In this document: positions 1-8,877 of the stretch, piece after piece | Layout of the letters: each line of letters opens with the position of its first letter | How positions within the stretch are numbered: position 1 is the first letter of the stretch | Source: a virus | Strand: one strand, 5' to 3' | DNA: 64,000 nt | IMG/VR virus record: IMGVR_UViG_3300001472_000003 | Location: 64,001-128,000 of that record | Notes under the pieces: model-generated | Seen by the model: the letters and a program-made list of their open reading frames with translations, nothing else | Database searches by the model: none | Told to the model about the DNA's origin: nothing | Position numbers and translations under genes: made by a program

Positions 1-250
1 AAATAGATTTCTTTGCTACATAAAATTTACCATCTGATGGATCTACGCCCGCAAATACTGCAGGTGATCCATCCCATTTTACAGATACATTTACTCTATT
101 ATCACTTTTGCCCGCCAGCATATCTCTTAATGATTGGATAAAATTAATCGCTTCTCTGGCGCCATCAACACCTCTATTTAGAACATTATCTTCCAAATGT
201 TCCATATGAGAATTGTTTGACTCTATAATAAAATTATTAAATTTTTTCAT
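1..250 (-). CDS. Conserved T4-like phage protein (DUF6267-like), 5' part; runs off window start
   Basis: Manual translation MKKFNNFIIESNNSHMEHLEDNVLNRGVDGAREAINF...VKWDGSPAVFAGVDPSDGKFYVAKKSIF; HxEHxED and KWDGxP motifs; late promoter just upstream. Confidence 0.7.
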   Translation of the reverse strand, partial: MKKFNNFIIESNNSHMEHLEDNVLNRGVDGAREAINFIQSLRDMLAGKSDNRVNVSVKWDGSPAVFAGVDPSDGKFYVAKKSI

Positions 251-272
251 TATGACCTCGTGTTTATAGATA

Positions 273-280
273 TATTTATA
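273..280 (-). promoter_or_regulatory. T4-type late promoter TATAAATA
   Basis: Exact TATAAATA on minus strand about 22 nt upstream of ATG at 250. Confidence 0.75.
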
Positions 281-283
281 ATA

Positions 284-502
284 TTATAAACCAAGGACTT
301 TCATAATAGATCTAGGCTCAGTAGGCAACCCTTTACCGTCTCTTAAATGGTCTTCTATCTGACCAAAATAAAAAGCCGCTTCAGCTTGTTCTGCTGATTC
401 ACATTCTAATCTAGCATTTTTAAAAAATTGCAATAACTTCATTGATTGGCCGTTATCAAAACCACTAGCATTAAAAGTCTTAGCTTTTCTTTGATTACTC
501 AT
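284..502 (-). CDS. Hypothetical protein
   Basis: 72-aa ORF with AAGGGAG RBS. Confidence 0.6.
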   Translation of the reverse strand: MSNQRKAKTFNASGFDNGQSMKLLQFFKNARLECESAEQAEAAFYFGQIEDHLRDGKGLPTEPRSIMKVLGL

Positions 503-656
503 TTATAACTCCCTTATTATTTTTATATACTTCATCAACCCAAGATGTAGGCACATTAGCTAATCTTGACGCATTCTCTATAATATTATCTTTATTATCT
601 GGACACATTAATGTAGCTTCTTTCAATGCGTAGACAATATCTTCTTTAATTGTCAA
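495..656 (-). CDS. Small hypothetical protein (53 aa, TTG start)
   Basis: Manual translation MTIKEDIVYALKEATLMCPDNKDNIIENASRLANVPTSWVDEVYKNNKGVINE; GAGGG RBS; overlaps both neighbours. Confidence 0.5.
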   Translation of the reverse strand: MTIKEDIVYALKEATLMCPDNKDNIIENASRLANVPTSWVDEVYKNNKGVINE

Positions 657-801
657 ATTTTGTCCCTCTTCTCAATTGTCTTATTAATACACCTAATACA
701 TTAGACCAATATTGTATGCCCCATGCAGACTTATTATCTCTACAAAATTGTAAGGCGGTTAATGTATTATCTATTCTTTTTTCTAAATGTTTATTCACCA
801 T
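646..801 (-). CDS. Small hypothetical protein (51 aa)
   Basis: Manual translation MVNKHLEKRIDNTLTALQFCRDNKSAWGIQYWSNVLGVLIRQLRRGTKFDN; fills the gap with overlapping ends. Confidence 0.5.
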   Translation of the reverse strand: MVNKHLEKRIDNTLTALQFCRDNKSAWGIQYWSNVLGVLIRQLRRGTKFDN

Positions 802-976
802 TATAGGTGGCCTCTACTGAATCAGTATAAAATTTATCCTGATGAGCAATATTAATTTTAGTAGCTATAGCTACTGCTAAACTAGCATTACTATCTATTA
901 TACGAGCAGCAAATATATCCTGCTGTACAGCTGTCATCTTTTCTAAATCTGCTATTACCTTATTAATATTAAGCAT
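791..976 (-). CDS. Hypothetical protein
   Basis: ORF track 791..1024; likely start MLNINK at 976 (AAGGA RBS, promoter upstream). Confidence 0.6.
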   Translation of the reverse strand: MLNINKVIADLEKMTAVQQDIFAARIIDSNASLAVAIATKINIAHQDKFYTDSVEATYNGE

Positions 977-1006
977 TTTATTTCCTTTTTTATTATTATA
1001 TAATTT

Positions 1007-1035
1007 ATTATACTGACAAAACAAATAAAAATCAA
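1007..1035 (-). promoter_or_regulatory. sigma70-type early promoter
   Basis: TTGATT-N17-TATAAT. Confidence 0.7.
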
Positions 1036-1038
1036 CAC

Positions 1039-1344
1039 TTATTTTGGATAATTTACTAACTTATCAAAACCGAAAGATGCAACAATATATTTTTCTTTAT
1101 TTAATTCTAAAATATCACCAACAGATAGAGAATGAAATTTTAAACTAAATCTATCTATTTTACCTATAGGACCAATATTACCTATCTCAAAAGCTTCATC
1201 TAAATCATTAGTATCTATAGTAGCAGTATGCTCATAATTATCTATATGCTTATCAAGGTTAAATAACTTTTTATCATTCATACCATAGAAAGTAGGTGAC
1301 TCTGGCATAATTTTATAACTATCTAATTGAAATACTTTAATCAT
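1039..1344 (-). CDS. YodL-like domain protein
   Basis: C-terminal HSLSVGDI...YIVASFGF motif typical of YodL-like family; start MIKVFQ at 1344 with GGAGG RBS. Confidence 0.6.
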   Translation of the reverse strand: MIKVFQLDSYKIMPESPTFYGMNDKKLFNLDKHIDNYEHTATIDTNDLDEAFEIGNIGPIGKIDRFSLKFHSLSVGDILELNKEKYIVASFGFDKLVNYPK

Positions 1345-1460
1345 TATATGGAACCTCCCATTCTTAACAACGCTACAGCAATACAAATGTATGCACAAAT
1401 ACAACAAATAATTTTAAATCTAAATTTCTCTGCTAAATGCTTTCTTTTATATTCTTCCAT
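1344..1460 (-). CDS. Small putative membrane peptide (38 aa)
   Basis: MEEYKRKHLAEKFRFKIICCICAYICIAVALLRMGGSI; AAGGA RBS; TAATG coupling to next gene. Confidence 0.5.
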   Translation of the reverse strand: MEEYKRKHLAEKFRFKIICCICAYICIAVALLRMGGSI

Positions 1461-1489
1461 TTTAATCCTTATTCTTTATTATATAATTT

Positions 1490-1518
1490 ATTATCACATC
1501 AAATAATATAAAAGTCAA
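1490..1518 (-). promoter_or_regulatory. sigma70-type early promoter
   Basis: TTGACT-N17-GATAAT with extended TG and upstream A-tract. Confidence 0.7.
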
Positions 1519-1943
1519 CAGTTTTTTTCATAAAAATAACTTTTTTTTGCCGATTGTATAAATTTTTTTTGTAGAGGTTCTTCTAGATTATATGCCTGTA
1601 TTTCCCATGGTCTATCTTTATATTCTGATTCAGTATAATCAATATTATACCAATGATCACAATATAATTTACCTGTAGCATGTTGCCACACATGAACCAT
1701 TTCATGGCATATAGTTTTAATTAAATTTTGAGGGGTTTGTTTAGAATGAATTTCGAGTTCAAATTCTCTAGATGTTATAGCCATACAATAACCAACGGCA
1801 CCATCTTTAGATATATCGTTTAAATTGACAGATATATCTAAGGTTTTAAATCGAGACATCAAATTAGATATACAAAAATTAACAACTGATTCAGCTAATT
1901 CTCTTTGTGATTTTAATCCACCTATACACTCTACATAATTCAT
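1515..1943 (-). CDS. Putative zinc metallopeptidase (HEXXH)
   Basis: TICHEMVHVWQ and YxDRPWEIQA motifs. Confidence 0.7.
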   Translation of the reverse strand: MNYVECIGGLKSQRELAESVVNFCISNLMSRFKTLDISVNLNDISKDGAVGYCMAITSREFELEIHSKQTPQNLIKTICHEMVHVWQHATGKLYCDHWYNIDYTESEYKDRPWEIQAYNLEEPLQKKFIQSAKKSYFYEKNC

Positions 1944-1975
1944 TATAATTAATTCCTTATTCTATATTATAATTA

Positions 1976-2004
1976 ATTATAGAACATAAATTAATAAATA
2001 TCAA
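1976..2004 (-). promoter_or_regulatory. sigma70-type early promoter
   Basis: TTGATA-N17-TATAAT with upstream A-tract. Confidence 0.7.
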
Positions 2005-2024
2005 CAGTTTTTTTGATAAAAATA

Positions 2025-2255
2025 TTATTTAAATGTATCTGTAAAGGCTTCATTTATATTGATGGGGGATATTGATGAATTGTTAGATATAATAAAAAGT
2101 GGAGTATGGCCATCAAAACCTCCACCTGAATTTAAATGATAACAAGCTGTAGTAGCATTATTTCTTTTATTATGCCTACTAATTATAAAATTTGTATATA
2201 TTTCAAGTACGCAGTATTGTTTTTTTCTTCTTACTATTTTATAGTTTGTTGTCAT
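2025..2255 (-). CDS. Hypothetical phage protein
   Basis: 76-aa ORF, LNSGGGFDGHTP motif; ATGA overlap with gene 41. Confidence 0.6.
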   Translation of the reverse strand: MTTNYKIVRRKKQYCVLEIYTNFIISRHNKRNNATTACYHLNSGGGFDGHTPLFIISNNSSISPININEAFTDTFK

Positions 2256-3634
2256 GTAAAATCCTTAAATAGTTCTACTGGTTTATCCATAGCTTTGCCC
2301 ATTTGTGTATTATCAAAAACAGGGCCTTCTATAATATCATTTTGAGCGTCTTGTTCTACATCATATAATCTCATCTTAGATTTATCAATACCTATTACGA
2401 ATCTTTTATTTATGTTGGGATCAGCATATCTATTTTTTAATTGTTTACACATTATTTGATTTAGATCTTGTAGTTCTTCGGTGCTAATAAGCGCAAACAT
2501 AAAGTCAGCAGTGGCAGGAAGACCGAAGCTCTCCGAGGTGTCTTCAAGGCCCACGTCACTAGCGCCAAAACCCGATCTTGTTGTTTGTGTCGCAGAGAAG
2601 ATCGGCACGTTGAATTCCACCGCCAGACCTCTAAGCTCTTCTGCAATCGCTTTAATATAAGTATACGAATTGACATTTGCTCCTGCTCTTAACCTTGACG
2701 ACATACAAATATTAAGATAATCAATATATATCACATCAGGTATAAAGTTACGTTTTAATTTAAGTTCGTTTAATAAATGTCTAAAATGTCCGGCACCTGC
2801 AGAAGCAGTTGGATATTCTTTTATAACGAGCTTACCTTTAGTTTTACTAGCCACCCTATCAATCTTTTTATCAAAAGCATCCTTTGGTAACATGTAAAGT
2901 TCTTCCATTGTGACATTCAATAAATTAGCATCTATTCTCTCTGCTATTTTTTCTTCTGCCATTTCTAAAGTAATATACAATACATTCTTACTTCCTAGAA
3001 GATTAGCAGATGCGCAGTGACACATGAATAATGATTTTCCAACACCTGTACCTGCTAATGCAATATTTAATGTTTTATTTGGTATGCCACCTCTTGTTAT
3101 TTTATTAAGATATTCTATATCAAATGGCAGTCTCGATTCCTTTTTTTGATAAAAATCAAATCTCTCTGAAGCATCATCAATAAAATCGTGTCCTACATGA
3201 TTATCAAATGATACACCTAATGCATCACTTAGTAATTGTGGTATAGACCCTTTATCCTTACCATCATTTGCTTTACCGTCAATAATTTGAATAGAATCCA
3301 TGATAGCGTTATATATAGCTTTCTCCTGAACCCACTTTTCTGTATTATCAAGTAGCCATTCAAAATTTGTATTTTCGTCGACGTCGAGTTTATTGATGTA
3401 TTCAACAGCTTCTGAATGAAGCGTATCGTTAACATCTGTTCTATTACCCAAATCGATAACGAGAGCCTCATTAGACGGAAGTGCGTTGAAAGTCTTGATA
3501 TGATTGTCAATAATCTCATATACTAACCTTTCTGTATTATCACTAAATAAAGTCTTTTCAAGATAAGGAATAACCTTTCTTGAAAATTCCTCATTCTTCG
3601 TTAGATTCGATATTATCGTCTGTTCTATATTCAT
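2252..3634 (-). CDS. 41: Replicative DNA helicase gp41 (DnaB-like)
   Basis: Walker A AGTGVGKS, YITLEM, IDYLN, SATQTTR, QLKNRY; likely start MNIEQT. Confidence 0.95.
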   Translation of the reverse strand: MNIEQTIISNLTKNEEFSRKVIPYLEKTLFSDNTERLVYEIIDNHIKTFNALPSNEALVIDLGNRTDVNDTLHSEAVEYINKLDVDENTNFEWLLDNTEKWVQEKAIYNAIMDSIQIIDGKANDGKDKGSIPQLLSDALGVSFDNHVGHDFIDDASERFDFYQKKESRLPFDIEYLNKITRGGIPNKTLNIALAGTGVGKSLFMCHCASANLLGSKNVLYITLEMAEEKIAERIDANLLNVTMEELYMLPKDAFDKKIDRVASKTKGKLVIKEYPTASAGAGHFRHLLNELKLKRNFIPDVIYIDYLNICMSSRLRAGANVNSYTYIKAIAEELRGLAVEFNVPIFSATQTTRSGFGASDVGLEDTSESFGLPATADFMFALISTEELQDLNQIMCKQLKNRYADPNINKRFVIGIDKSKMRLYDVEQDAQNDIIEGPVFDNTQMGKAMDKPVELFKDFT

Positions 3635-4655
3635 CTGTTTCAACACCATATAAAAATTCTTTTCTTGCTGCTTCTTCTAATTTAACCATTATATCTTCGG
3701 TAAAATACTTTTCAGGTTCTTTATTAATAGTTTTACCAAATACCTTAGTGCCATCTGGCATCTCAAATCGTGTTGATACTTTTTTAATAATATCATATTT
3801 TTCTGCTAATTGTAGAAGACCATAATATCTATCAAGCCCTCTCTCATAGTGTAATAGCACTTCAACACCTTTATTTTCTTTTGATATTCTTGATTTGTGC
3901 ATTTTACATTTTATTATATTACCAATAATGTCTGTACCATCACGTTCTTTCTTTTTTGAAAGATAGCATATTGAAGATGCCGCATATTTTAATCCAGAGC
4001 CACCACCCATTTCTTTTACTGGAATATAAGAACCTATTAATTCATATACATGATTTGTAACAATCATTGGTATTTTAACCTTAGCAAGCTTTAATGTTAA
4101 TACTCTAAATGTAGCTTTGATTATTTGTGATTTGGTCATATCTCGTGTTTCTTTACCATCATTAGTGTCTTCTAATTCTTTAGTAGTTGACATTAAACCT
4201 AATGAGTCTAAAACCATCATCATTGGTGGGCGATCTTTAATAGGAGCTTTATCATAAGATTCAATAACCTTTAGTGCATGGTGTCTAAATTTTTGTATTG
4301 TATCCGGTTCTGCAATAATAACTCTTTTAGTATCAATACCTCTTGATTCCATCATCTCTTTAGTAACAGCAGCCTCAGTATCATAATATACAATACCGCC
4401 TGTTGTATTATTTTCTAAAAAAGACTTAACACAGCTTAATACAAAAAATGTTTTTCCTGTAGCTGACTCACCAGCAAAGGCTGTTATTTTATTATTAGGA
4501 ATACCGCCGTAAAGACTACCACTTAAAGCAGCATTTAATATATAACTACCTGTGTCTACGGTTCCAGAAAACTCAGCGGATTGTGTACCATCCGCAGCTA
4601 TTGAAGTATCTTCATCCTTCATATCTGCTACTAAATCACGAAAAAAATCACTCAT
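3591..4655 (-). CDS. uvsX: RecA-like recombinase UvsX
   Basis: AGESATGKT, YYDTE, DSLG, MGGGSGLKY. Confidence 0.95.
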   Translation of the reverse strand: MSDFFRDLVADMKDEDTSIAADGTQSAEFSGTVDTGSYILNAALSGSLYGGIPNNKITAFAGESATGKTFFVLSCVKSFLENNTTGGIVYYDTEAAVTKEMMESRGIDTKRVIIAEPDTIQKFRHHALKVIESYDKAPIKDRPPMMMVLDSLGLMSTTKELEDTNDGKETRDMTKSQIIKATFRVLTLKLAKVKIPMIVTNHVYELIGSYIPVKEMGGGSGLKYAASSICYLSKKKERDGTDIIGNIIKCKMHKSRISKENKGVEVLLHYERGLDRYYGLLQLAEKYDIIKKVSTRFEMPDGTKVFGKTINKEPEKYFTEDIMVKLEEAARKEFLYGVETDEYRTDDNIESNEE

Positions 4656-4905
4656 CTATAGAACTCCTTAATTCTTGCACTCTTGCTTCGAGTACACTTA
4701 TTGTTGTATATAAATGCCCTGTATCTTCAGGCATAATTCTAGATTTTTGAATTGCTATCTCATCCATTAAAAAAATAATCCTATCAACTATCTTTCCGTG
4801 TTCTGAGTTCTTGTGCATTAATACTCCTTTATCAATATTAGCTTGTTGTTCCATATACTGTGCAGTATAATATTTTGACATATCTGTGTTATCTGTCATA
4901 CTCAT
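4648..4905 (-). CDS. Hypothetical protein
   Basis: 85-aa ORF, DTGHLYTTISVL motif. Confidence 0.6.
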   Translation of the reverse strand: MSMTDNTDMSKYYTAQYMEQQANIDKGVLMHKNSEHGKIVDRIIFLMDEIAIQKSRIMPEDTGHLYTTISVLEARVQELRSSIDE

Positions 4906-4912
4906 TATCCTT

Positions 4913-4941
4913 ATAATATATTAGTTTTGATTAAATGTCAA
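4913..4941 (-). promoter_or_regulatory. sigma70-type promoter
   Basis: TTGACA-N17-TATTAT. Confidence 0.6.
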
Positions 4942-4947
4942 TAGTTA

Positions 4948-7470
4948 TTATATAAAAAAACTATCTAATGTCATTTGCTTTTCAACATTCCAACCAATAG
5001 CATTCATAATAGTTTTAATTGGTTCAAGAAAAGATTTTTCGAATTGTGTATTAAAATCAATATATTTGTGTATACCAAATTGATCTGGCAATACATTCGA
5101 TGCAGCTATAACATGCTCTAATGTTGGATTAGGAACCTTGAGATAACAAAATTTTACTTTATCACCATTATTAATAGATTCAAATTTATTACCTAATCCA
5201 TGTTCTATTAATAATTTATTATATACTAGAGCACCTCTTACATGAATTGGTACTCCTTTGCCGCCAAGGACATATTCGTGTTTTATTCTACCACCTTGAC
5301 CATTTGCTCTACTACCAATAAGCCTTACTGATCTAGGAAAGGCTATATCTTCAAATGGTAGTGTTTTAAATTCTTCTCTAAAGTTATCTATAAATTTTAT
5401 AACAGCTTCTTCATCTTCGTTCATTATAACTGTTATACAATCTTTAATTTTAGTTCTACAAGCTGAAGGAGTAGAGGAGCGGACAGCCTCAATGCCCATT
5501 ATCTTTAATTTGGGCGTAGTATATCTAACACCCTCACTATCAAATACATTCATAATATAACGCTTCTTGGCTGTCCAAATAGCTTTATTAGCTATATTCT
5601 CTCTCTTCATAACCATCTTTTGGTCATATGCATTAACATACTCTGCTAATTCTTTATAACATTTATCAATATAAGGTTCTAATTGTGTTGTGCAAACTTT
5701 GTCTAACCAATTGACAGTCTCTTCATTTGTGTGATCCGGATAAGCTAATTCAACAAGCTTATCTAATTTTAAATACATAGAATCGGTATCTACCGCAAGA
5801 ACATAATCTTTATCTTCTGTATTTAATAATTTATTTAAATATACATTTATTTTAGCTTCCATCCATTTAATAGAGAGCTGGCCCCCTTTAGTAATTGACT
5901 CAGCATATTTTGGATCAAACCATCTAAAATATTCATTACCTAAAGCACCATAAACACTATTTAATTGGATTTTCTTAGCCATCTGCATATTATTACATTG
6001 TGCTATTGTCTTTTCTAAATCATATGATGGACTCCTCTCATACTCTTGTTTAGCCTTAATCATTCTATCTTTCCAGACAGTACGATCATTATACATTTTA
6101 AACATTAAATTAGGTAAAAACCCAACTTGATCCTTCGTATAAACATCCCCGGTTGCAGCAATAGTAGCATTTATATCTTTAAGATGTTTATTGTGCTTCT
6201 TCCAACTTCCATCAATAATCTCATCAATAGAAGGTGTGAATCCTATATGTTTAATATGTGTTTCTGGAGAAATATTATATTGCATAATCAGGTGAGGATA
6301 CAAAGAATTTAAATCAAATGATACAACCCAGTTATGCATATCAACCTGGGGCTCTTTAACATATGCACCTTCAATTTTATTATTTTTATGGTTTCTATGA
6401 AATTGTGGTATTGCAATATTATTATCTAATAAATAATTATGTATTATCACATCCCATAATCTAACAGAACCAAATACATCCGCATAATTAACTTTGCCAT
6501 CATAAGCAATAGCATATGCTTGTTCGATTAATTTTAATTTATCTTCTAGTCTATCAACTAACTCCACATCTTTAATATTATAGTCTATAAACTTTGAATA
6601 ATCTTTTTTATATAATTCTAATAATGATGAAAATTCAGAATAATCTATTTTACGTTCGCCCAACTCAACAGTAGCTATATGATCTAATCTATAAGATTCT
6701 TGAACTACAAACATAAATTTTTTATATAATTGCATATAATCAAATACGGCTACACCAAGAGGAATATAAGTATTATTCTCTTTACCTTGTATTTGTATTG
6801 ATTTCTCTTTAAGAATGCCCCAAGGAGATAATTTATTAGCAAATTCTCTATCTATTATACGCGTCATTCTATTGATAAGATAAGGAACATCAAAAAATTC
6901 TACATTCCATCCTGTAATAACATCAGGATCAATTGCATTCCAAACATCCATAAATTTTATTAATAGGTGTTGTTCATTATCACATTTTATATATTCAACA
7001 TTATCATTCTTATTATCATACTCACCAACACCGAAGACATAAAATTTCTTCTTATACGACATTGTAATAGCTGTAACAGGTTTAGTCGCATCATCTATAG
7101 ATGGGAAACCTTCATCAGCTGCTACCTCTATATCAACATTAACGACACGTATTAACTCAACATCATATTTTATTTGGCCATCATATGTATCATTAATATA
7201 TGGATACTCATAATTAGTCGTGCCATAAAAAGATCTGTTACTTACATCTTTATTCTTAAAGACATATTCTTTAGCTTTGGAAACAGATTCAAATACTTTT
7301 TTATCAACTTTCTTACCAGCCAATGTTCTATACTTAGTATTACCGAATGTTGATGGAAGAAAAAGATAAGGCTTACAATGTTCTTTAAATTGTACTCTCT
7401 TACCGTTGTGATAGCCTCTTACTAAGACATCATTACGTTCAATATAAACACTTGTATAAAATTTCATCAT
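4948..7470 (-). CDS. 43: Family B DNA polymerase gp43
   Basis: ExoI DIE, GWNVEFFD, SFDLNSLYP, KIQLNSxYG, DTDS, KKRY; C-terminal clamp-binding QMTLDSFF. Confidence 0.97.
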   Translation of the reverse strand: MMKFYTSVYIERNDVLVRGYHNGKRVQFKEHCKPYLFLPSTFGNTKYRTLAGKKVDKKVFESVSKAKEYVFKNKDVSNRSFYGTTNYEYPYINDTYDGQIKYDVELIRVVNVDIEVAADEGFPSIDDATKPVTAITMSYKKKFYVFGVGEYDNKNDNVEYIKCDNEQHLLIKFMDVWNAIDPDVITGWNVEFFDVPYLINRMTRIIDREFANKLSPWGILKEKSIQIQGKENNTYIPLGVAVFDYMQLYKKFMFVVQESYRLDHIATVELGERKIDYSEFSSLLELYKKDYSKFIDYNIKDVELVDRLEDKLKLIEQAYAIAYDGKVNYADVFGSVRLWDVIIHNYLLDNNIAIPQFHRNHKNNKIEGAYVKEPQVDMHNWVVSFDLNSLYPHLIMQYNISPETHIKHIGFTPSIDEIIDGSWKKHNKHLKDINATIAATGDVYTKDQVGFLPNLMFKMYNDRTVWKDRMIKAKQEYERSPSYDLEKTIAQCNNMQMAKKIQLNSVYGALGNEYFRWFDPKYAESITKGGQLSIKWMEAKINVYLNKLLNTEDKDYVLAVDTDSMYLKLDKLVELAYPDHTNEETVNWLDKVCTTQLEPYIDKCYKELAEYVNAYDQKMVMKRENIANKAIWTAKKRYIMNVFDSEGVRYTTPKLKIMGIEAVRSSTPSACRTKIKDCITVIMNEDEEAVIKFIDNFREEFKTLPFEDIAFPRSVRLIGSRANGQGGRIKHEYVLGGKGVPIHVRGALVYNKLLIEHGLGNKFESINNGDKVKFCYLKVPNPTLEHVIAASNVLPDQFGIHKYIDFNTQFEKSFLEPIKTIMNAIGWNVEKQMTLDSFFI

Positions 7471-7476
7471 ATAATT

Positions 7477-7505
7477 ATATTACTATATTATTACTGAAAA
7501 AGCAA
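7477..7505 (-). promoter_or_regulatory. sigma70-type promoter for gene 43
   Basis: TTGCTT-N17-TAATAT followed by AATTAT shared with the other early promoters. Confidence 0.5.
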
Positions 7506-7508
7506 CAA

Positions 7509-7955
7509 CTAATTGCTTACTGCGCGCATTCTTTTTACAAGACGGCCAGCTCTATTGGGAACTTGTTTATACCATCGACTGTCAATCATTTCATTTGCTG
7601 CGGCATTCCAATCAGACGCCATTACACCAGCTTTCATGCCTTTAAATTTAGATAATCTAGGTCTTCCCATATTAAACATCATATTAGCAATAATTAATTG
7701 AACTTCATCTGGCAGTTCTTCAAAATTTTTATATAATTTATTGCAATCAGCTACAACTATCAATACATCATTATTGAAACACTCAACAATTCTCGCATCA
7801 GATACAGGTGTATCTACTGGCATTTTATATTCTGGATCTTTTTTTGTTATAAGGTGGCCTATACCAAAAGTAGGTAAACCAAGGTGGTCTAAGTATATTT
7901 GATCAACTCTACCCTCGTCAACTTCTAATTCTCTTCTCAATTGATTAATATTCAT
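7509..7955 (-). CDS. Lysozyme (GH24, T4 e-like endolysin)
   Basis: DEG...YLDHLGLPTFGIGHL, NMMFNMG, SRWYKQVPNRA. Confidence 0.9.
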   Translation of the reverse strand: MNINQLRRELEVDEGRVDQIYLDHLGLPTFGIGHLITKKDPEYKMPVDTPVSDARIVECFNNDVLIVVADCNKLYKNFEELPDEVQLIIANMMFNMGRPRLSKFKGMKAGVMASDWNAAANEMIDSRWYKQVPNRAGRLVKRMRAVSN

Positions 7956-7979
7956 TTAATAATCTCCATAATTAGTATT

Positions 7980-8012
7980 GAAAAAATAGAGAGCGATAAA
8001 CTCGCTCTCTAT
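7980..8012 (-). terminator. Rho-independent terminator of hsp20 operon
   Basis: ATAGAGAGCGA-loop-TCGCTCTCTAT followed by T-run on minus strand. Confidence 0.8.
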
Positions 8013-8022
8013 ATATAGGTGT

Positions 8023-8160
8023 TTAATAACCTCTTTTTTTTAGGTTCTTTTCTCTACGAGCTAAATCAGCAAAGTCCACTGATCTTCCTAGATATCTTTC
8101 AATTTCATTTTGTTGATATCTACGTAGCATATTATTTAAGAATGATAATAAATTGCTCAT
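8023..8160 (-). CDS. Small DUF3563-like protein (45 aa)
   Basis: MSNLLSFLNNMLRRYQQNEIERYLGRSVDFADLARREKNLKKRGY; ExYLxxSxDxxDLxRR pattern; ATGA overlap. Confidence 0.65.
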   Translation of the reverse strand: MSNLLSFLNNMLRRYQQNEIERYLGRSVDFADLARREKNLKKRGY

Positions 8161-8384
8161 TTAAAATTATTCTTTCTCATTTGCTCATTTAGTTTATGAG
8201 TTAAGCTTGTAACTGTGTGGTCTGGATAATCATGTATTAATAATTGTGCTACATGTCTATTAACAGACATTTGACGTCCAATTATAAATGCTACGATTAT
8301 ACTTTTTAATCCAGCTTTAAACCTATCAAAAAAAGTATTAAGAGTTTTCCCGCAATAATTCGCGGTTAGTGTTAGTGTTGTCAT
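8157..8384 (-). CDS. Hypothetical protein in hsp20 operon
   Basis: 75-aa ORF overlapping hsp20 3' end. Confidence 0.6.
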   Translation of the reverse strand: MTTLTLTANYCGKTLNTFFDRFKAGLKSIIVAFIIGRQMSVNRHVAQLLIHDYPDHTVTSLTHKLNEQMRKNNFK

Positions 8385-8814
8385 TATGACCCCCGAGTTG
8401 ATTAATTTTAATTTTACGGGGACGCATTTCTTCTGGTATACGACGCTCTAAATGAATTACGAGCATACCATCCTGAAGATCAGCTCCTTTGACTTCTACA
8501 AACTCTGACAGCCTAAAAGATCTCTCAAATTGTCTACCGGAGATTCCTTTATGAACATAAAGATCTTGGTCTCTCCTTTGGGATCTATTGCCTTTAACAG
8601 TCAATATACCATCATGAGTGGATATATCAATATCTTCTTCTTTAAAGCCGACTACAGCTAATTCGATAAGATATTCATCATCTGAATGTTTAATAATATT
8701 GTGAGGTGGATAATGGTCTTTCTGGTGATGTGCAGCTAATCGCTCAATGTCTCCAAAAATGTGATCAAATCCAACAAACGCGGAACGTGGAAATTTAAAA
8801 GTAGTGCCTGTCAT
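8338..8814 (-). CDS. hsp20: Small heat shock protein (Hsp20/IbpA)
   Basis: YPPHNI, IELAVVGF, HKGISGRQFERSF, GMLVIHL, PRKIKI; start MTGTTF with AAGGAGG RBS. Confidence 0.95.
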   Translation of the reverse strand: MTGTTFKFPRSAFVGFDHIFGDIERLAAHHQKDHYPPHNIIKHSDDEYLIELAVVGFKEEDIDISTHDGILTVKGNRSQRRDQDLYVHKGISGRQFERSFRLSEFVEVKGADLQDGMLVIHLERRIPEEMRPRKIKINQLGGHNDNTNTNRELLRENS

Positions 8815-8870
8815 ATGTACCTCCTTATGCAAGCAAGGTTAAAATAAACGGCTCACCATGTGACACCGTT
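8812..8870 (-). ncRNA. ROSE-like RNA thermometer in hsp20 5' UTR
   Basis: Hairpin ACCUU(G)CUU/AAGGAGGU sequesters the SD with the UUGCU bulged-G motif; second hairpin AACGG..UCAC/GUGA..CCGUU upstream. Confidence 0.7.
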
Positions 8871-8877
8871 ATTATAT

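Noticed and set aside
4948-7470. Intein/intron in gp43, or a polymerase adaptation (short Gly/Arg-rich insert GSRANGQGGR)
   Set aside because: Length is normal and there are no splicing motifs; the insert is too short to interpret without alignment
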